64,000 nt of DNA, taken from NCBI GenBank assembly GCA_031261605.1, contig JAISJI010000068.1, forward strand, positions 2,771-66,770. The letters are read 5' to 3'. Shown here piece by piece: positions 58,503-64,000 of the stretch; positions within the stretch are counted from its first letter, which is position 1; every line of letters begins with the position of its first letter. The notes under the pieces are model-generated. The model made no database searches. It saw only the letters and a program-made list of their open reading frames with translations, and was not told the DNA's origin. Origin of the DNA: Ignavibacteria bacterium (GTDB taxonomy: Bacteria > Bacteroidota > Ignavibacteria > Kapaibacteriales > UBA2268). The translations under genes and the position numbers were made by a program.

Positions 58503-59501
58503 TTATAATTGCACAAGCCCTATTTTTTTATAGACCTTACATAAAGTTTTAAATGCAGTTTTATTAGCTTTTTCCATACCATCTTTAATAATATTATTTA
58601 AATAATTTTTATCCAATTTTATTTTTTCATATTCATTTCTAATCGGTTTAATAAATTCAATAATTGCATCTGCAGTGGTATTTTTTAAATCTCCATAAGT
58701 TTTTCCAATAAAATTATTCTCTATATTTATCAATGAGTTACCTGTAGAAACACTGAGCAAAGTAAGCAAATTTGTAATTCCTGGTTTATTATCTGCACAT
58801 TTAATTTCAGTGCCACTATCAGTAACACTACGTTTAATTTTATTGCGAATTTGGTCATCGGAATCGGTCAGAAAAATAATATTTTTTTCATTTTCATCCG
58901 ATTTTGACATTTTTTTTGTCGGCTCTTGCAGCGACATAATTCTTGCACCTATTTTCGGAATAAATGGCTCCGGAATTTTAAATGTATCCGAATAATGATA
59001 ATTAAATCGCTGTGCGACATTTCTGGTAAGTTCCAAATGCTGTTTTTGGTCATCTCCGATTGGCACTAAGTCCGCCTGATAAAGTAGTATATCCGCTGCC
59101 ATTAAGACAGGATACGCAAATAGTCCAACATTAATATTGTCAGAATGTGCTTGCGATTTATCTTTAAATTGTGTCATTTTGGCACACTCACTATAGCCAG
59201 TAAAACAACTCAAAATCCACTGCAATTGTGAATGTGCAGGAACGTGAGATTGGACGAAAAGTGTTGATTTTTCGGGACTTATACCGCACGCCACATACAT
59301 AGCAATCGTGTCCATTGTTTTATCGCGTAAAACAGACGGCTCCTGACGAATTGTCATAGTATGGAGGTCTGCAATCATATAAAAACATTGGTAATCATCC
59401 TGCAACTGCTGCCAATTTGTCAGTGCCCCTGCAAGATGCCCGATTGTAAGATTGCCAGATGGCTGAATTCCGCTAAGAATTATTTTTTGATTATTTTCCA
59501 T
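58503..59501 (-). CDS. trpS: Tryptophan--tRNA ligase.
   Basis: SGIQPSGNLTIGH (HIGH-like), KMSKS. 332 aa. Confidence 0.9.
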   Translation of the reverse strand: MENNQKIILSGIQPSGNLTIGHLAGALTNWQQLQDDYQCFYMIADLHTMTIRQEPSVLRDKTMDTIAMYVACGISPEKSTLFVQSHVPAHSQLQWILSCFTGYSECAKMTQFKDKSQAHSDNINVGLFAYPVLMAADILLYQADLVPIGDDQKQHLELTRNVAQRFNYHYSDTFKIPEPFIPKIGARIMSLQEPTKKMSKSDENEKNIIFLTDSDDQIRNKIKRSVTDSGTEIKCADNKPGITNLLTLLSVSTGNSLINIENNFIGKTYGDLKNTTADAIIEFIKPIRNEYEKIKLDKNYLNNIIKDGMEKANKTAFKTLCKVYKKIGLVQL

Positions 59502-59513
59502 ATTTTATTTTTA

Positions 59514-60971
59514 TTAATTTATTTGCACATCCAGCACATCATCAATTTGCACTTCTTTATTTAATTGACATTGAAAAACATAGTGGTTAAGACCAAAATA
59601 TTGTGGCAAATATTCCATTTCAATCCACGTATTTATTTTTTGATTTTGATATGTTGCAGCGACTAAAACATTTATTTTTTTCGTTGTAACATCTTTATTT
59701 CCCGCAATTTTTAGTATTATTCTATTTCCATCAGTTCTATTAGTAAAATTAAAATCGCTACCTTGTCCTACAATAAAATCAACTTCTTTAACTAAATAAT
59801 TTCCACCATTTTTATTTTTATAAAATCCCTTATTTATCAAATCGTTATCAGATACCGAATGATAATAAAAATATTCATAAAAATTATAAAAAATATTTTG
59901 AAAATTTATTTCATCATTTCTATTAATAATATTTGGGTAATTATTATGCAAATATTCAGATAAAAAATTAGTAGCGACATTAGACCCGTATGGCGATAAA
60001 TGTTGCCATATTCCAATGGTATAGACATTCTGAAACGCTTGTGGAGTGAATAGATTTGTATCACAATTCGCTTGCAGGTCAAGATATGGTATATCGTATT
60101 TATTTAATTCTGCATTTAATTTTGAGTGAAATATTTCCCAATTATCAACAATTTTTGGATAACAAGGAGTAGTAACAAATATTACGGGAATTTTATTATC
60201 TTTACATAATTTTGCAATTTTTTCTATATATTCCTTCGCTTCATCACTGATAATTATGGAAGAAGCGTCGATTTTATTAAAATCAGAACCGTATCTTCTA
60301 TCTATAATTTCCTGATTTAAAACCGAAAATGGCTCTTGCAGTTGACCAAAAAAATATTCATTTCTTAATTCAGAATATTTTTTATATTCATTTTTTTTAT
60401 CTATATTTTTCTGAATTTGTTCGGAATTTTGAAATATAAAACTATGATTTCTAATAGTGTTAGATAATGCAGCAAGATAATTATCAGATGAAAATAATAT
60501 TGGCAGAGATAATAATTTTTGTCTAAAATTCCTTCTTTGCTCAAAACTGAATAATTGAGCCAATATACTTGTGTTCGATAAATTATGGGACGAATAATTA
60601 TCAACGCAATATATGCAAAATGTTTCTACAACTGCTAACTTAGGTCTTTGAATTTCAAACGCTTCCTTCATAGTAAAATATACATCTGTAAGTGTTGTAT
60701 TTCCAAATCCTAAATTATAACAATATGTTCCAGATGATAATGATAAATTAATTGCATTTAAATTCATATTAGAATGGCTATTGCCAAATAATATTATATC
60801 AAGCGGATTAGATTTTATAAAATCATAGAAACCATCCCACACCCACAGTTGTTGTATAACGCGATAATCATCCAATGCCGCTAAATCGTAATATGAATAA
60901 CCATTTTGACGAAATATGCCTGCTTTATCAGATATAAATACTGCACTCGCACAAATAAAAGTTACTAACAA
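59514..60971 (-). CDS. Hypothetical secreted protein (TTG start in the ORF track).
   Basis: N-terminal hydrophobic LVTFICASAVFIS. No motif recognised. No in-frame ATG between the upstream stop and the TTG. Confidence 0.45.
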   Translation of the reverse strand: MLVTFICASAVFISDKAGIFRQNGYSYYDLAALDDYRVIQQLWVWDGFYDFIKSNPLDIILFGNSHSNMNLNAINLSLSSGTYCYNLGFGNTTLTDVYFTMKEAFEIQRPKLAVVETFCIYCVDNYSSHNLSNTSILAQLFSFEQRRNFRQKLLSLPILFSSDNYLAALSNTIRNHSFIFQNSEQIQKNIDKKNEYKKYSELRNEYFFGQLQEPFSVLNQEIIDRRYGSDFNKIDASSIIISDEAKEYIEKIAKLCKDNKIPVIFVTTPCYPKIVDNWEIFHSKLNAELNKYDIPYLDLQANCDTNLFTPQAFQNVYTIGIWQHLSPYGSNVATNFLSEYLHNNYPNIINRNDEINFQNIFYNFYEYFYYHSVSDNDLINKGFYKNKNGGNYLVKEVDFIVGQGSDFNFTNRTDGNRIILKIAGNKDVTTKKINVLVAATYQNQKINTWIEMEYLPQYFGLNHYVFQCQLNKEVQIDDVLDVQIN

Positions 60972-61018
60972 TCCCCTTAAAATAAAACTACTTAAAGTTT
61001 TTTGGCACGGTTTTTGCT

Positions 61019-61027
61019 GGGGGGGGG
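61019..61027. repeat. G9 homopolymeric tract (C9 on the coding strand) in the aspS/downstream-gene intergenic region.
   Basis: Read directly: ctggggggggggatt gives nine consecutive G in a ~36% GC background. Lies 48 nt upstream of the TTG start of 59514..60971. Confidence 0.7.
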
Positions 61028-61073
61028 ATTTATTGATTTCAAAGGACTTATGGGTTTTTTGTTGACAATTTTA

Positions 61074-62897
61074 TTATTTATTTTTTTCATTATTTTCCTC
61101 TGAATTAATATTTTGCTTTAATAACGCTAACCCCAGTTCTTTCAACTGGTTATCATCAACATTACTAGGCGAACCATCCATCAAAGACATTCCGCTCGTA
61201 GTTTTTGGAAATGCAATTACATCGCGAATATTATCCGTTCCGGCGAGAGTCATCACAATTCTATCAATTCCAAGTGCAATTCCACCGTGCGGAGGAGCAC
61301 CAAATTTCAATGCTTTAAGAAGATATCCAAATTTTTCTTCAGCATCCTCATCCGAAAGTCCGAGCAGTTGAAACATTTTACTTTGCACATTTGTATCGTG
61401 AATTCGGATGCTGCCGCCGCCGAGTTCCGCACCATTTACGACCAAATCATACGCTTTTGCATTGGCTTTTGCTGGGTCGGTATCCAAAAAATGCAAATCT
61501 TCATCCTTCGGCGAAGTAAATGGATGGTGCATCGCAACATATCTATTCTCATTTTCATCATACTCAAATAGCGGAAAATCAATGACATAGTGAAAACTAA
61601 ATATATTTTTTAATTTCTCCATAATTCCAAGTTGGCGAGCCATTTCCAAACGTAAAGCGCCTAAAATTGTCAGTGCTTTATATTTTTTATCGGAAATAAT
61701 TAAAATTAAATCGCCATCTTCAGCATTTGCAGCATTTTTTATTGAATTTATCTCTTCATTTTTAAGATACTTAGCAATAGGAGAATTTATTTCACCTTTG
61801 TCAAATTTAATATATGCAAGACCTTTTGCACCATATTTTTTTGCATATTCAGTTAAATTATCTAATTGTTTTCGGCTGTAAGTGCTTGCATTCTTTACGT
61901 TTATAAGAGCAACAATTCCATTTGGATTATTTAAAGTATCTTGAAAAACTTTAAATTCGGAATTTTTAATAATTTCGCTAATATTAATAATTTCCATTCC
62001 AAAACGCAAATCGGGTTTATCGCTACCGAAACGAGTCATCGCCTCTTCGTAAGTCATTTTAATAAAAGGAGTTGGAATATCTATATTTAAAATTTCTTTC
62101 CATATTTTTACAAATAAACCTTCAATTAAATTTAAAATATCATCCCGCTCAATAAACGACATTTCCAAATCAAGTTGTGTAAATTCTGGTTGTCTATCCG
62201 CACGTAAGTCCTCGTCTCTAAAGCACTTAACGATTTGAATATATTTATCAAACCCGGAAATCATTAATATTTGTTTAAAAATTTGCGGACTTTGCGGAAG
62301 TGCATAAAAACGCCCTTTATGAATGCGACTTGGCACCAAAAAATCACGCGCACCTTCGGGCGTGGATTTCATTAAAACAGGTGTTTCAACCTCAATGAAG
62401 CCATTATTTTCAAAATACTTATGAAGAATTTGATACACTTTATTTCTAATAATAAAATTACGCTGCAAAGTCGGTCGCCGCAAATCCAAATAACGATAAC
62501 GCAATTTTAATTCCTCATTTGTATCCAAATCATCAATAATTTCAAAAGGCGGAAGTTCCGATTTATTTATTATTCCAAAATTTTCGAGCAACAATTCCAC
62601 ATAACCTGTTGGAATTTTTGGGTTTGGATTGGAGCGAAGTCGCAAATTTCCTTCAACCCAGATAACATATTCAGATTTCAATAACTTAGCGCGTTCTGCT
62701 AGTTCAGAATTATTTTCCGGCTCAATCACAAGTTGAATAATTCCATACCTATCACGCAGGTCAATAAAAATTAATCCGCCCATATCGCGAACATTATTTA
62801 CCCATCCATTTAGAATAATTGGGGAATTATTTGTTTTGTAATTTTGTGGTAAGATATTGAAATCACCACACTTAGCATTTCTTTTTTTCCAATTCAT
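61074..62897 (-). CDS. aspS: Aspartate--tRNA ligase.
   Basis: Class II aaRS motifs (FRDEDLRADRQPEFTQLD, GGGSIRIHD). Anticodon-binding N-terminus. 607 aa. Confidence 0.9.
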   Translation of the reverse strand: MNWKKRNAKCGDFNILPQNYKTNNSPIILNGWVNNVRDMGGLIFIDLRDRYGIIQLVIEPENNSELAERAKLLKSEYVIWVEGNLRLRSNPNPKIPTGYVELLLENFGIINKSELPPFEIIDDLDTNEELKLRYRYLDLRRPTLQRNFIIRNKVYQILHKYFENNGFIEVETPVLMKSTPEGARDFLVPSRIHKGRFYALPQSPQIFKQILMISGFDKYIQIVKCFRDEDLRADRQPEFTQLDLEMSFIERDDILNLIEGLFVKIWKEILNIDIPTPFIKMTYEEAMTRFGSDKPDLRFGMEIINISEIIKNSEFKVFQDTLNNPNGIVALINVKNASTYSRKQLDNLTEYAKKYGAKGLAYIKFDKGEINSPIAKYLKNEEINSIKNAANAEDGDLILIISDKKYKALTILGALRLEMARQLGIMEKLKNIFSFHYVIDFPLFEYDENENRYVAMHHPFTSPKDEDLHFLDTDPAKANAKAYDLVVNGAELGGGSIRIHDTNVQSKMFQLLGLSDEDAEEKFGYLLKALKFGAPPHGGIALGIDRIVMTLAGTDNIRDVIAFPKTTSGMSLMDGSPSNVDDNQLKELGLALLKQNINSEENNEKNK

Positions 62898-62930
62898 AAT
62901 TTATTTGTTTGTTTTATATTCTAGTTTATT

Positions 62931-63800
62931 TTATTCTGTTTTATTTTTTTTATTTTTTTTGTCGGAATCATATAATTGAATAACGCTCATAAGCCCAAAA
63001 CGTTGCTTAAATTGCAATTTATCAATAATATTTTTATCGAAAATTAAATAGGTCTGAAAAAATGCAGAAAGCCATTTATTTACTTTTAAATTTAATGTTA
63101 ATTCAAAATTTTCAGTCATATTTTTCAATGGTTTAGCGTAATTATAAAATAATTCAAATTTACCATCAGCAGTAATATTATCTGCAACTTTCCAGCTAAT
63201 TAAATTAAATTTTGCGTATGCACCAAAATTATAATTTATATGCTCATTATCCGCTAATCCAAAAAGTCCTTGATTCCAAAGACGCTCGTCTCCAACATAA
63301 AGCATTTTTGCTGTAAGTGGCGAAAATAGAACACTATATTCCTTTTTTGAATAAGTTGCACCGAGCGAAGCCATAAGATACAAAGGCGAAAAGAAATTTG
63401 ACGTAAGTGCGTTATCTTTAAAGGTTTCCGACCATTGTGATTTCAAATCAAAATTAAAATTATAATTTAATTCGTCAATCATTTTATAATTTAGCGAGGA
63501 GGTAAAATTCAATTTATCTTCGGATTTATTTCCGAGAACGTCTTGAAAATCAGTGAGATATAGACCGTAGCCGAAATCCACTGTATTTTCCCACTTAAAA
63601 TCATTAGCAGAAAAGTTATATCTGCCTAAAAAATAAGCAGATGTGATAATATAATTGGTTGCAACATCTTTCACCCAATTTTCGTGGTATGCCTCATCTA
63701 AATTAAATGTAACTTTATTATTTATATGCCAGTTAGCGTTCATTTGATATGAGCATAACGCAAGAATAATTAATATTTTTAATTTAATATTTTTCATCAT
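62931..63800 (-). CDS. Hypothetical outer-membrane beta-barrel protein.
   Basis: Signal peptide MMKNIKLKILIILALCSYQMNA. Aromatic-rich alternating pattern. Confidence 0.5.
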   Translation of the reverse strand: MMKNIKLKILIILALCSYQMNANWHINNKVTFNLDEAYHENWVKDVATNYIITSAYFLGRYNFSANDFKWENTVDFGYGLYLTDFQDVLGNKSEDKLNFTSSLNYKMIDELNYNFNFDLKSQWSETFKDNALTSNFFSPLYLMASLGATYSKKEYSVLFSPLTAKMLYVGDERLWNQGLFGLADNEHINYNFGAYAKFNLISWKVADNITADGKFELFYNYAKPLKNMTENFELTLNLKVNKWLSAFFQTYLIFDKNIIDKLQFKQRFGLMSVIQLYDSDKKNKKNKTE

Positions 63801-63826
63801 TTTTTATTTATAGTGTTAGCGAAAAA

Positions 63827-64000
63827 TTACGCCCGCTCTATTTTATCGAAACCACAGAAGGGCTGCAATACTTCGGGGATATGCAAAACGCCATCGCTGT
63901 AATAATTTTCTATCAATGCAACCATTATACGCGAAGTCGCAAGCCCGGAGCCATTGAGCGTATGAACAAATTCCGGCTTGCTATCACCTGTGCGTTTGAA
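63827..64000 (-). CDS. serS: Seryl-tRNA synthetase, C-terminal fragment. The gene continues beyond the window.
   Basis: Minus-strand translation reads ...[47 protein letters not shown], matching the SerS C-terminus. Confidence 0.8.
   Translation of the reverse strand, partial: FKRTGDSKPEFVHTLNGSGLATSRIMVALIENYYSDGVLHIPEVLQPFCGFDKIERA

Noticed and set aside
60972-61073. Whether the G9 tract lies inside an N-terminally extended coding region of the 59514..60971 gene.
   Set aside because: The upstream frame has no ATG, GTG or TTG before an in-frame TAA at 61071-61073. The tract is therefore intergenic (promoter/5'-UTR), not coding.

Overview
This 64 kb window is AT-rich (roughly 35-38% GC by eye) and comes from a bacterium I infer to be FCB-group, possibly Ignavibacteria-like. 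That inference rests on two features: two very large secreted proteins carry type-IX-secretion (T9SS) C-terminal sorting domains, and a flagellar switch operon is also present. Most of the window is ordinary housekeeping. Genes I recognise are fliL-fliM-fliN-fliO, rlpA, coaX, a TrmH-family methyltransferase, a Nif3-family gene, a ROK-family kinase, folP, purF, fabF-acpP ... fabG, rpsP, murC, asd, dnaK, lpd, pgi, uvrA, speA, an ABC ATPase, a GT4/GT25 glycosyltransferase pair, trmD, trpS, aspS, a serS 3' fragment and an initiator-type tRNA-Met. The unusual content is a set of DNA-modification and nuclease modules scattered between these genes. (1) A ~2.9 kb islet sits between fabG and acpP inside the otherwise conserved fatty-acid-synthesis cluster. 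It holds a 38-codon methyltransferase N-terminal remnant, two unknown proteins (367 aa and 112 aa, translationally coupled), a complete beta-class amino-methyltransferase, and a ~60-bp block duplicated upstream of both the methyltransferase and acpP. (2) A 550-aa methyltransferase is fused to an Mrr-type PD-(D/E)xK nuclease domain plus a PKD-like tail, and lies between rpsP and murC. (3) A paralogous 438-aa methyltransferase is fused to an HNH nuclease, has a degenerate AdoMet motif, and is followed by a Lys/Glu-rich protein. (4) A DnaQ-like 3'-5' exonuclease is fused to a GIY-YIG nuclease domain. Other points of interest are a four-gene flagellar operon that ends at a terminator, a near-consensus sigma-28 promoter in front of an unannotated TPR-like gene, a perfect 16+16-bp palindrome between murC and a Cache-PP2C-RsbW-like sensor, and a G9 homopolymer in a promoter region. 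I found no CRISPR array, transposase or integrase. Every call here comes from reading the sequence and motifs; no database search was possible.
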